From Mytilus edulis (taxonomy: Eukaryota): a stretch of DNA of 64,000 bases. Positions 1-13,336 of this stretch are shown here, piece after piece. Position 1 is the stretch's first letter. Each line of letters starts with the position of its first letter. The notes beneath the pieces are model-generated. The model was not told the DNA's origin, did not search any database, and saw only the letters and a program-made list of their open reading frames with translations. The stretch lies in contig NC_092356.1 in NCBI RefSeq assembly GCF_963676685.1, forward strand, positions 40,672,001 to 40,736,000, in the 5' to 3' direction. The position numbers and the translations under genes were made by a program.

Positions 1-459
1 GTTTATGAGAATTGGCAGGTAATAATCATAGAAAATATACGAATATGCAAAGTACTTTAGTTACGGTGACCGGTAACGACCGGAAGGAATATTTGCAGTT
101 GAAACATAGAGAAATTTATCGGGAACAACGTAAAAATGACTTTCTGTTGATATTAACATTGACGGCAATGAGACGGATATTCGTTTCATTTCTATTGGCT
201 GTAAGTTTACTTTTAACATAAAGTTTTAATTTTTAATTACTTAATAAAAAATATTACAAAAAATCCTTTTAGCATGTCAATAATTGTATAACCGGTCAGT
301 TTATGATACCTCGGGTGTTTCCGTTCTTACTCTGGTATGTAATAAGGACAAAATCTCCCTCTGTGACAGAGTCGATCTCAACTAATTATCACCCACTTAC
401 AGAAAAGTCGGTAACTTTTTATGTGTAATTATCGTCTTTCACCCTCTCTCCTTCACATA

Positions 460-3400
460 TAACCTCCTTGATTATCCTAATTGTAGAAAAAGGTGTATAA
501 ATATGACATCATTCAACACTAAATTTTCCTAATGAATAAATCATATGTAAAGGCAAACTTTGTCAAGGTTGCTGTTTTCATTTCCAAAATATGTTTTTGT
601 CATCTTAATATTTCTTCTTGACCTAAGAAATGACATAGAAAATGATACCAAGGATGCGAGTTCATTTGCAGAATATCTAACTCGAGATTTGTGAAAAGAT
701 TCATTTATTCAGAATATCATAAAAGCATTATACAACTGACAGTTATGGGGAATTATGTCATAAAACAAAACTGAATAAATGACAAAAATGCAAAGGCGGG
801 GAATAAATACCGCCACAATCCCCAAGTCCAAGATTTGGCGAGAGCGCCACCCGAGACATCCTTGGAGTCTAGTTTTATGACAAAAAGAAAAATTCAGAAA
901 ATACAGATTATTCAAAATCAAAAATATAGTAAAAATTACAAATGAGGCAGTTAACCACTGCCTGACCTGTTTGGCAAGTAGACATATCAATGTAAAGCAA
1001 CCCCTTTAGAACTTAGCATTCTCATCACCGGCATGTCATACTGTTTGCATTTTAATTGTTAAACTTGAGGTTAAATTCAACCTGCTACCAAGATTGAGGT
1101 AACTAATATGCGTAAGTTACACAGAGTGTAACAGTATAACCAAAGACAAAATATATATCTATAGATAAAAGATGAGCAAAATGTTTGAGAACTGTAAAAC
1201 TTTGTAATTTTCTTTTTTTGGTTTTAACTGCAATTTCTCCTATCCTGAGGAAACAATGAAATGCCAAGAACATCATAGCCTTTAATTAGAACTGGTTGAA
1301 CTGACCCGGTTTAACAGGGGAAACGTTCAACAATAATTTTGATAATATCTCTTTTGTAAAGGGCATTCTAATGTCACAGGAACTCCTCAAATTTTGTTTA
1401 CACTTGGTAATTTTTTTTATTTAACTTTTGAACATAACAGAAATATAAGATGCTATTGTAGACGGTTTATAATTTTGCAAGAACAGAAAACTCATAAAAT
1501 GAAAAACCATCATATGCGTGGATAGATAAGCATGTGATAAAGGGAAGCGTTCCTTACAAAATTGATCTTATGCTTCCTACATCATATTAAAAGATGCCCT
1601 TGTTGTAGATGATACTAAAGCCTGCAATAATGTTCTCGTCATAAATTCAAAAGATGCTATTGCACTGAAACTGGAGCTAGACTTATCCATGTTAACCAAG
1701 GAGCTATATGTTGGGCTTTCTTAAAAGAAAAGCCAGACAACAAATCGCAAACTACATTTGCCTAACCCTCAATTATATTTGCTTTAAAATGAATATAAAA
1801 CTTTAGCGATGCCAAAACTAGTCTGCGGACTAATTTAATTCAAATGACGAAGTTATATTGATAATATTAGTGTAATTGAAGCATATTTAGAGGCCATTCT
1901 CCCGCAAACCAAATACCGCCTAAACCAGCAGTATATTCCCCATGTTCTCCAGCTTCGTCTGATTTGGAGGATCTCATTTTTTTAAATAAGAATATAGATT
2001 TCCATTGTATTAAGACATAAAATCAAACCATGCCCTCAAATCGGCACCCGCTTCTGAATTAAGTGTTATTCCATAATTGGGATATGACCCATTGTTAGAT
2101 CAAATAATCTTCTTAGGTATAGAAATACGACACTACAGGCAAAATTCAATAAATCTAAAAGAGAATGCAATTCTCGATGAATAACCTTCTTTTTTTTTTT
2201 GTTGCTATTTTTTTCTGGTTATCGAGCTACCATAGCCCTAGAATCAACCTCAATGCTATATATTGTTAAGCATGTTGTAGGTAATTAAAGTTTTTGATAC
2301 AGTAAAAAAATGTGTTAAGTGCTTCAGAACACTTGTTAGTATTTACTTCCCCTACAAAAAAGAAATCATCAAGCAAATGTGAAACCCCTCTAATTTGAAA
2401 TTATCTATTCTTAAACTCTGAATTTAGTTGAATTTCCTTGCTCTGTCATATCCTTTGAGGAAAATGTTTCATTTATTTACATTTATTGGTATTGGTAGAC
2501 TTGTGGGTTGTAAGCCACTCTTTACATAAGACTGTGGCATGGTTTTTTTTTATCATGTTTCACACATTGGTGCTTATGTTTGCAGTTGTCACTGGAGCAG
2601 CCACCTGTTCGACAGTGAGTCTAGCAGTAACCAGGTGGGAATTGACTGCTTTGGTGCTGAACCCGGCGTTCAAAGGGAGGACTTCCATTTGTTTATTGGA
2701 TTGATTATTTGATGCATAATTGGTACTAGTATTTGCATGATTTAAATTATCATAAAAGGCATTGCGCCAAAGAACATCATTTACAACTATCCAATAAAAT
2801 TTCATCCCTCTGCATACCTTTCTAAATGTTTCATCATAATGCTTTTGCTATGTTAAACCTAAATTGCTCTGACATTGTCCTAATATCATATGAATATTTG
2901 ATGACTTAAAAAATGTTCACATGGTTTACATAATATATAGATATAAAAAATTTAAAGGCTGCAGTCAAACGATGGATTGTCAAATAAAGGCAACAGTAGT
3001 ATACCGCTGTTCGAAAGTTATAAATCGATTGGGAGAAAACAAATCCGGGTTACAAACTAAAACTGAGGTAAACACATCAACTATAACAGGAAAACAACGA
3101 AACAATAGAAACACTGCATTACAACAAAAAACCAAAACGACAATGCATACATTTGGTTTTGCATATTAGGTAGAAATTTAACTGCTTTCGAACTTAAAAG
3201 AACTTCATCGTCTTAATCTTCATTAAAATTTGAAGAAAGGGTGACAAAATCCAAATAACTATCAGACATAATTTCTTTTCTGATTTTTTTCGCAGAAAAT
3301 TAAAACCCAAGGGTATGTATTTCTAAATTAGTAACTGACTGTAACAGAGTTGTCAATACCTAATGATTGGTCTTTCTTGTGTTGTTAATATAAAAAAGAA

Positions 3401-3900
3401 GATGTGGTATGACTACGTATATAATGGCTGTGAAGTATCCTGCAACTGATAAATCTGACGTCACAGGTGGTACCAATGAGCAGTGGGCGTTGTGTCAGGG
3501 TGACGACGGCAATGTATGCTTACTCTCTGTTGGGAAATCAGGGCCGGTGACCACTTCCTGTGTTGCACTAGAACGTATACCACACACACTTGACAATCTG
3601 TCATCTGATATGCGGACTCCACTGCTGTCGGTTAAGTGTAAACCAGCTCCCCTCAACTGATTGATCATTTCTGCAGCTTTTTCATCCGCTGTTGGCTGTG
3701 ATGTTGTATTTGCACCGCTCATCATATAACCTGTTGATGTAGTTAGACAATTGTTTCGGACTCGTTTTCGCCCTCTTGGTGGATTAGTAGTTTCAGTCAG
3801 TACCACGGGATCTTTGACAAGGTAACTTTCTGTTGAGTCGGAAGGGGCAGCTCTTTGTTTAGGCATCTTTAAAGCACACACAAATATATTTTGCATACCT
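460..3900 (-). mobile_element. Decayed DIRS/Ngaro-type tyrosine-recombinase retrotransposon (gag - RT/RNase H - YR), with internal deletions and a nested repeat
   Basis: Manual minus-strand translation gives motifs in DIRS order. Gag: 'HYDETFRKVCRGMKFYWIVVNDVLWRNAF' (~2760-2840) and Cys/His knuckle 'YC*THCRTGGCSSDNCKHKHQC' (~2560-2630). RT: 'GVSHLLDDFFFVGE' and 'PTTCLTIYSIEVDSRAMVAR*PEK' (~2210-2390). RNase H: 'LNSEAGADLRAWFDF' and 'WFAGEWP' (~1890-2065). Recombinase: 'LIKAMMFLAFHCFLRIGEIA' (~1229-1290). ORF 3495-3896 is probably the disordered gag N-terminus. Ends approximate. Confidence 0.8.
2983..3155 (+). repeat. Dispersed SINE-like repeat (head 'aataaaggcaacagtagtataccgctgttc') inserted in the DIRS element
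   Basis: The same head recurs at ~9053-9272 and partly at ~27105. Confidence 0.7.
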
Positions 3901-6279
3901 GATAATGCCTGTAAACTTACAATATAACATCAAAAAAATATGCGTTTATCACTTATTTAATACTATTCAGTGTATATTGTACATATAGAAAGATCACACT
4001 TCGACAATGTGGAACACACTCATGCAATATAATATGACAACTACATTGTAACCATACATGAATATAACTATGTAAGTGAATGGTACATGTAAAACAGTAT
4101 ATAAATGAAACCATCGAATCTGATACATAAATACAAAAGTGCACTATGTAAAGATGGTTAACCATATGAATGTATAATAATAAAAATATTAACATATAAA
4201 TCCAATGCAAATTGATCCATTTTACAAAATTGCACTGACGTATATGATTACCATAGCCATAACGATGGCAATAAAACTATGTATATAGATATAAAATTTA
4301 ATCCTGGTATCTATGATGAGTTTATTTGTGTGCTACAATAATTTGATAAATTAAGCAAGAGCAGTTGATTGTCTGCAAATCTTTGTATATACTAAATAAA
4401 GTATTAAATAACTGATGTATAAGTTTTCATGAATAATAAAACAATGATGTACCTGTACAGATAATAGCATAAAAGCTTTTTAAGGATTATGTACCCTTGA
4501 GTTGATTCAATGCTAAACATATGGAAATTTTATAGAAAATCCACAGCCTTTCGACTTGTATTCTCATATTTGGCAATTCAATGCTTAAAAGATAAAGGAT
4601 TATTGCATGCAGTGCTAGCAATGATTTCCTTAAAACAAGTTTATAAATTTAGATATTGGTTAAAACAAATATAAATAAGGACCAATTCAAGTACACCTTT
4701 TAAGGTGCGCTCGACTTTCGTGATTCAGCACGAGGTGTTTTCGAATTTAAAGGCTGTTTAGGACTTTTTATAAACAATAAACGCCAGCTGATTATAGAAT
4801 AACACGTGAGTAATCTATGTTTAAAATTTTATAACCAAAATCTCTGTATTAAAGTCTGTGGATTTTCTACAAAAATCCTGGTTTTAATTTCACCAAATTC
4901 TCTTTTTCTACTAAATGCAATTAAACTATATATAATAATGCTTTGCACGAAGTTTCCCCTTGATATGTGTACAAAATGGTCCATCTCTATTATTCATTAT
5001 CTTTGCTGTTTTGATAATATTGCAGTTTAAAAACTTCGTAATTAACAGGCCACAAAAGGGGTCATTAACCTTAATTATTATAAGCAAACTATGTAAACGT
5101 ATCGTTTGATATCTCATTTTGATTTTATTAATTTTTAATTATTTCACGATTTTCACTACCGACAGCTGCACGAATACTTTTAGCGTTGATGTGCATACCT
5201 TCATCATTTAAATGAACTTTATCAGACAACAAAGTTTTTTGAAGACAGTACCTGATTCACTTTGTTTACTTTGTTGTTATAATCGGGACCCGACCTTTCG
5301 GAATACCTCGGCAGTAATTGTATAATGCCTCTTTCAGGAACAAACTTGAAAAAAGAAAATCTTTACTGTTCTGGCAAAACAAGAATAGCGTCTAATAGCA
5401 TTTAGTGTAATTGCGAGAATGCGGTCGCAACTAGACGCTTGATAAGAGTTAGCATGCACTTTTTCTTAATAACGAGTTAAAGTGTTCTTTTAGTTGTCTT
5501 TATTAGTATTACTTTAACTGTTTGGTCTGTTTTTGGCGATATACATTTGACGTGGGTCTGTACTTATGCATCCCGTCATTGTGTTGTTTGGATTATTTTT
5601 CAATTTTACTTGTGTGATTTGTCCTTGTGACTTTTTTTATGTTTCTTTGATACATATTACGTGTTTCTGTACTTTAAACATCCCGCCATTGTGTTATTGT
5701 TCTGTTATATTTTTTTCATACTTTGAACGATAAAATTATTTTATATCTTTAACTGTGTGACGTTTACATTCTGGGGTCAAACACGCGATTCTACGCCAAA
5801 GTTAATGATAAATTTACAATTTGGTCCCAGTGCTTAAAATCTCTTGATCCTATAGAATGCACTTTGTAAATAAAGCCGTTTCTCAAACTACCCCTCTTTT
5901 GAGGAGATGTAGAATATTCATATATAATGAATTTTGTTTACGTACTGGTTCCCAGTTATGATCTCTATGTTTCATCTCATAGAGACATAACTTGGGAGTG
6001 TTACCAGTAAATATACATATGCATATTGTATATATTGAAATCATACAGTCAAGGTAGGGGTAGTTAAGAAATTTAGTGTTAGCTTAAACTCATAGACGTT
6101 CGGGGCATATAAACGTTGAAAATATGCCGTACAGCCCTATATTTTGATCTTTGAAAAAAATAATAGTGCATATGAACTTTCCATTCTAGGAGATAAATTT
6201 TTTCAAAACTTCATAGTAAAAGTCGTACAGTTTTAGCCGTAAAAGGAGTTCCTATGGGAAATTGCATTGTCAAAATTTA

Positions 6280-6565
6280 CACCCCTATTTTAACATTTTT
6301 GCCTGTTATGCCTGTTTGTTTTATTCACGCATCGTTGTCAATATAATGGAAGTTGATGCGACTGTCATGCATGTGAGAGGTTTAGTGCTATAAACCAGGT
6401 TCAATCAACAATTTTCTACATAAGAAAATGCCTGTACCAAGTTTTGAATATGACAGTTGTTGTCCACTCGTTTGATGTGTTTGTGCTTTTGATTTTACCC
6501 TTTGATTAGGGACTTTCCGTTTTGAATTTTCTTCGGAGTTCAGTATTTTTGTGATTTAACTTTTT
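6280..6565 (+). repeat. Dispersed repeat family, likely the 3' tail of a Penelope-like element; other copies ~17588-17760, 18413-18700(-), 29860-30200, 31440-31755, 41600-41720(-), 59450-59570
   Basis: Shared core 'aaaatgcctgtaccaagtcaggaatatgacagttg...gattagggactttccgttttgaattttcctcggagttcagtatttttgtgatt'. Confidence 0.8.
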
Positions 6566-6748
6566 ATCATCATTAGTAAATTAAATTTGTGGCCAATAAT
6601 AATTAGTATTGACCCTGAGCATGCCATGACCATTCTGACCTTGACTGCCTGTAATCAAAAACTTGCATAATTCCAAGAACAAAGACCATTGAAATTTTTG
6701 GTTTCTTATCACAACATTGATAAGAAATAAAACTTCAAAAGCCTCATA

Positions 6749-7473
6749 ATGGGAGTTGATAAAAAAGTAAGTGACTTTTCACAGCAACTTCAAAAAGTTG
6801 AACATAATTTAACAGGTATGATCAATGAAGTGAAAACTGACGTGCATGTATTGAAAACAAAATACGATGAATCACAATTAGAAATAACCACTTTAAGACG
6901 AGACTTCACAGAGTTGGAACAGGGTGTTGCAGGTATGGATCTGCAAATACAAGCAATTGATCGTGAAAAATTACAAAAACAAAAATATGAGCTTCAAACC
7001 CAGATGAATGAATTAAAGGATCAGGTAACATTGCTTGAAAAGCATGAAAGAAAATATAATGTTTTGATTTATGGTATTGATGACAGTAAGGCTGACGAGA
7101 ATATCTATTCTGTTACTCGTCAGTTGTTTAGCGAAAATCTAAAAATCGAACAGAGAAAAGCAAATGCCATTCCGATTGCTAACGCTCACCGTGACCAACA
7201 AGGGGTTGTGGACCCAAACCAATTATCGTTCGATTTATCCACTATGGAGATAAACAACTCATTATGTCCAGTGCCCACAATTTGAAAGGTAGTCAAATTC
7301 GTATTTTAGATGATCTACCCATATCCATGAAAGAGGAAAGATTCCTTCTGTCTCACGTAGCCTACAAAATACCGAAAAAAGACAAATTGCAAACACGCAT
7401 TCGAGATGTCGGGGCACATATGACACTTGAAACCCGGAAAAATAGAGGAGAACCATGGAGCGCAAGAGAATGA
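6749..7473 (+). pseudogene. LINE ORF1 remnant (coiled coil followed by an L1-ORF1-like RRM/CTD), frameshifted near 7190
   Basis: ORF 6749-7285 is heptad-rich, then 'ERKYNVLIYGIDD...NAHR'. It continues in another frame as 'PKPIIVRFIHYGDKQLIMSSAHNLKGSQIRILDDLP', typical of L1-type ORF1. Confidence 0.8.
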
Positions 7474-9052
7474 TAAGCAATACATAACAATATACACTTT
7501 GTTATTTTTGTTTACATGTATATATATATATATATACAAAATTGTACTTGTACATCAATAAGCCATGGCCATAGTTATATATATATAGGCTGTTGTGACC
7601 TACATTTTTGTATTTGTGAGAAACTACAGAACTTTATAGGCAGATGTAGATATCTATTTTATTACATATAACTTATAAGATAATTCTTTAATACCAAACT
7701 ATAGACTTACCCTGAGAAAAAAAAATTACAGTAATTTAGCTAAATGAACACTAAACAGAATTGAATCAATTTGCTTTTTCATCTATTGTTTAAATACATG
7801 TATATGTATAACCTTTTTCTTTATCATATTTTCACAGAAACCATTATTAAATTGATACCAAAATGTAAGTATAGAACTGGGAATTTCATATCAGCTTTAT
7901 TATCTATTTATGCAAATATTTTATTTTTGTTTTTTTTGTTTATTTATTTTTTGCTTTTTATTACTTTAGTTTTGCTTGCTCTCTATGCTTTCTTGCCTGA
8001 CTGTCTGCGATATATTGGCAGACACATATAAATGTACATGCTAATTCTGCTTTATATATACTCATTTTCCAACTTGCTGTGTTGAAATTTTTGCCTTTAT
8101 TATTCATTTATATGTTTATTCTCTGCTGCTTATATAGTTATTTATAATTTTGCTCTTGCTAGTTATTTAGTTTTATTTTAAACTGCTATAATGTGCTTAA
8201 TGCTGTGGTTGCTATATGCTTTACTTTATTAAATCAAATACAGACTGACACAAATGAGTTGAAGCTAGAATATGTAAAGTACAGACCACTTTTTAGTTTT
8301 AAAGTGATGTTTATTTCAAATTAAGAATGAGACACTTGTTTAAAATTATCTTTCCTTGTTTGTGTTGATGGTACATGTACATTATAATGAAATGACCGTA
8401 CTGTAGTAAGCTTTGCACAATCTTTGCTGAAACTAACTCATTAATATGATAAGCATACACACACTCAGGATGTGCAGTCTGTGTTCGATTGTTAGATAGT
8501 TTTGTTAGTTTTTAAGATATATTGATCATGCATTACTTTGATTTACACGTGATACAAAAGTATTGCTACATATATATATAGTGATACTGCATTTGAAGTC
8601 AGTCAGAGTTCTTAATTTTTTGAAATCGTCTCTCAAACTACGCACTGTTCTTTTAAACAAGAAATATTAACATTTAGATAAATCTTATATATTTACAGCT
8701 ACATCTCATAAAGAATATTGATCTTTAATTGTACAAATGTATCAGAGATATAATGAGTATAAAACATCTCTGCCTTGTAAATAGACATAGGATCATATAA
8801 ATCTGTATATTTGACATGGGAGTTTTGTTTAATACATAGATACAAAGGACAAACATAGAAACTCCAATATCTACATGTAGTCAATTGAACAACTCTGACA
8901 GTCTTGAAATATTGTACATAATAGGCTTATTTCGATTATATATAGTTCATTTAACTAAAACTGTTTCAAAAAGAATGAACGTGTTAGACAGACAACATCT
9001 TATGATAAAAATATTGACAAATCTGACTGGATCAGACTTGAATAAAAAAATA

Positions 9053-9272
9053 AATAAAGGCAACAGTAGTATACCGCTGTTCAAACTCATTAATCCATGG
9101 ACAAAAAACAAAATCGGGGTAACAAACTAAAACTGACGGAAACGCATAAATATAAGAGGAGAACAACGACACAACACTACAATGTAACTAACACACACAG
9201 AAACGGACCAAGCATCAGACAAAATCCCAAGAAAATAACAAATATAACATCAAAACCAAATACATGAATTTG
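9053..9272 (+). repeat. SINE-like repeat nested in the LINE inter-ORF spacer
   Basis: Same head as the copy at 2983-3155. Confidence 0.7.
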
Positions 9273-9831
9273 AAGGCAGAACAATGGACATTTGTATACT
9301 TGTGCTTCTTTTGTGATCTTTTCTTTTTTGCCATAACCACATATAATGGAAAAGTGTCTTTGTGTGTTGGAAAGAATGACAGTAAGGAAATTAAAAATAA
9401 TATGAAATTATAGGAATGAAATAATCTTTCAAAATATGTACATAACATGAACTATACAGATATTCACTGTTGGGTTTGCTCAAATTAAATTTCCATCTGA
9501 ATCCAATGTATTTAATAAAATTTCTTCTGAGTTATCTCCCTTAGACCATGTAGAGTGAATATCCTATACAACAACAGTGAATGTCTCAGAGTGCAGATTT
9601 AGTAATTGATTTTAATGTTGGACTTTGTCTTGCTATTGTATTTTATGCTTTCATATATATGTATTTATTGTAAATTACAAATATGTCTTAAGGTTTCACA
9701 GATCTGGAAAAACTATACAGTTTTAAAGGAAAAGAATTTTAAAAGTCCCTTGATTTCACAAATTTCATGGTATATTCATGTATACTCACTCATCATTAGA
9801 GTTATAAATATTGATAAAGCTAAATGCATGC

Positions 9832-12800
9832 ATGAAGGGTGATATTCTTAAAATAATTTCTTATAATTGTCAAGGTCTTTATACAAAGGAGAAACGGAGA
9901 GATGTTTTGAACTATTTAAAGTCAAAGAATTTTAATATATACTGTCTTCAGGACACACATTTTACAGAACAAGATGAATTAAACATTAAAAATCAGTGGA
10001 AGGGAGAATGCCTTTTCAATTCATTAACATCCAATCAGAGAGGTGTGGCCATCTTTTTTAATGAAAACTTTGATCTTCAAATTCACAAAGTTAATAAAGA
10101 TGAGGGTGGAAATCTTCTTGGATTGGACATTACAAGAATTACCTTAGTAAATATTTATGGGCCAAATGTAGACACTCCTTGCTTTTATCAAAAGGTGGCA
10201 GACATTATTGAGGAATTTGATAACCTATCTTGTATTCTTTGTGGTGATTTTAACCTCATTCAAAGTTTTAATCTCGACACCCATAATTATGTTAATATCA
10301 ACAACCCAAAGTCTAGAGAAAAAGTATTACAGCTGATGGAAGACTTTAATCTAGTTGATCCATTTCGGGAATTATACCCCGATTTGAAAAGATTTACTTG
10401 CAGGGGAAAAAAAACCTTTAAACAATCTCGTTTAGATTTTTTTCTGATTTCTGATAATATTTTTCACTTTGTTAACGATGTTAAAATTGATAATAGTTAC
10501 AGGTCTGATCATTCACCTGTGGTCTTTTCTTTCAAGATTAATGAATTATAAAAGGCAGAGGCCTTTGGAAGTTTAATAATTCCCTTCTTCATGCTACTGA
10601 CTATGTTAAAGAGATAAAAAACAAAAAAAACTCATAAGTATAGTAAAAGAACAATATGCTGTCAAGATATATAGAGATGAAAATTTACAAAATATTGACA
10701 ACTCTGAAATTGAATTTACTGTTGATGACCAGTTATTTTTCGAAACTTTACTCACAGAAATACGCGGTAAAACTATTTCATATGCCTCTTATAAAAAAAA
10801 AAGCGGGTATAAAAATTGAAAATGAAATTATTTCAAAATTAAAACAATTAGAAGAAAATGCTCTAACTGTAGAAAATCTGGAAGAGATTGATCAGAAAAG
10901 CGAGGATGAAAAGCAGTTATTGGAGGGAAATATTATTTATTTCTGAATTAACTGCAGCATTAAAGAGGATGAAAAATAACAAGAGTCCGGGGTCTGATGG
11001 TTTCACTGCAGAATTTTTCAAATTTATTTGGATTGATGTTGGTAAATTTGTCCTTAAATCTATAAATTTTGGATATGGGAAAGGCCAAATGTCTGTCACC
11101 CAGAGGCAGGGAGTGATTACATGTATTCCAAAAGATGGTAAACCAAAACAATTTCTTAAAAATTGGAGACCTATACTAAATTCTACATATAAATTGGCAT
11201 CAAGCTGTATAGCAGAGAGAATAAAATCTGTTTTGTCAAAATTAATAAGTTCGGATCAAACTGGTTTTGTTCCAGGTAGGTATATAGGCGAAAATTGTCG
11301 TTTATTATATGATATTTTACATTTTACTGAAGAAAATAATATTCCCGGAATTCTCTTGCTGATTGATTTTGAGAAGGCATTTGATTCCATATCGTGGTCA
11401 TTTCTTTATGATACATTAAGATATTTTAATTTTGGTGAATCCGTTATGTCCTGGGTTAAAACCTTCTATAACAATATAACAGCTGCGGTGACACAAAACT
11501 GTTGTCTGTCAGAATTCTTCACTATAGAGAGAGGCTGTAGACAGGGAGATCCTTTATCCCCTTATATTTTCTTGCTATGGGAGAAATATTAGGCATTTTG
11601 GTAAGAAATAGTAGGGAGATAAAGGGTATTACTATAGATGCTACAGAATTTGTACTTTCTCAATATGCGGATAATACATCATTGATATTAGATGGCTCGC
11701 CAGAATCGCTCGATGCATCTCTTCGTGTTCTCCAATTGTATGCTGAAATCTCGGGACTTAAGATTAATATAGAAAAAACAAGTGTTATTTGGATAGGTAG
11801 CAAAAAACATAGCCAGGATCAAATTTGTGTAAAGTGGTGATTGAAATGGGGCTCCAGTACATTTAAGTTGCTTGGAATTACGTTTTCAGTCGACCTAGAT
11901 AGAATGATTAATTTAAATTATAGGCCAGTTTTAGATAATATAGACAACACTTTGAAAAAATGGTCAAAACAGTATCTCACCCCCTTTGGAAAGATTACCA
12001 TTTTAAAAACTTTGGTCATAGCTAAATTAAATCATCTGTTTCTATCTATCCCTAGTCCAGATGAGAATATGTTACGTAATTTAACAAATAAAATGTATGC
12101 TTTTATCTGGGATAATAAACCAGATAAGGTCAAGCGAGATCTTTTATGTCAAGATTATTATAAGGGTGGTTTAAAAATGCTAAATTTAAAAGCATTTATA
12201 CAGGGACTAAAACTTACATGGGTAAGACGTCTGTATAATTCGAACTCAAAGTGGGTGAGATTAGTCTCTATTGTGGAGCAAATAAATTTTATTGAAATAA
12301 GTTATATTGGGCCTATTAAAAGGTCAACAAATAAATTTTGGCAAGAAGTTTTTGATGCTTGGAAAACCCTTAATCAAATTAGAAAACCAAGATGTATTGA
12401 TGAAATTCTATCGTATTCTTTATGGGAGGTAGAAAACTTTAAAATTGGTGGTTCAAGAGTCTACTATAAAAACTGGGCAAATGCGGGAATTTGGACAGTA
12501 CAAGATTTGTTAGATGACCAAGGCAAAGTTATATCATTTCAAAATTTCCAACAATTATATCAATTTAGGCCAAATATTTTACATTATTATGGAATAGCGC
12601 ACTCGCTTAATAAGTGGTTAAACACGATCAATATTGAAGTAAAGGAGAAAAAAATTCATGCAATACTACCTTTTAACATAAGTATCTTTTTTGAATCAAA
12701 AAAAGGTTCAAGGGAAATGTACAAAGTATTGATTGAAAAATATGTTACATTTGCTGCAGTCTTAATATGACTGGTATTAACTGGAAAAAAATAAACACTT

Positions 12801-13336
12801 CGTGTACAAAATATAGTAAAAGCACTAAGCTTTGCTGGTTCCAATATAGAACTATCCATAGAATTTTGGGGACTAATTCACTACTTTACAAGATGAAAAT
12901 AAATAGTAACAACATATGTACATTTTGTAAAGAAGGACCAGAGACCATAGAACATTTATTTTGGAGCTGTCCGATGGTTGCAAGTCTCTGGCATGCACTT
13001 AACATCTGGATTTTTGAAATGACAAATATTGAACTGCCTTTGAATATTATGATTATTTTATTTGGTATCTACGAAAATGTTAAATTGAATTTTGTTAAAA
13101 ATAAGATTATTCTACTTTCAAAATACTACATTTACAGAACAAAACTACAAGAAGTTTTGCCAAATCTAAATGCTTTATTTTTACAGAACAAAACTACAAG
13201 AAGTTTTGCCAAATCTAAATGCTTTAAAAAACTATTTAAAGGAACACTTGAACTTAGAAAAATACATTTCATTTAAAAACCTCTCTGTAGAGGAATATAA
13301 CAAATACTGGAGTCCCTGGGCCCCTATCATAGAATA
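9832..13336 (+). pseudogene. LINE ORF2 remnant: APE endonuclease, reverse transcriptase and C-terminal zinc finger
   Basis: APE motifs SYNCQG, CLQDTH, GDFN, SRLDFFL, SDHSPV. RT motifs KSPGSDG, NWRP, IDFEKAFD, GCRQGDPLSP, QYADN. Zinc finger 'CTFCKEGPETIEHLFWSC'. Broken by frameshifts and stops (10551, ~11580, 11840, ~12770), a shortened EN-RT linker near 10895 and a 49-bp tandem duplication at 13131-13226. Confidence 0.93.

Noticed and set aside
1-240. Possible promoter (CCGGAAG, ATTGG, ATGCAAA motifs) and ORF 12-221
   Set aside because: Short motifs only, with no linked gene visible in the window.
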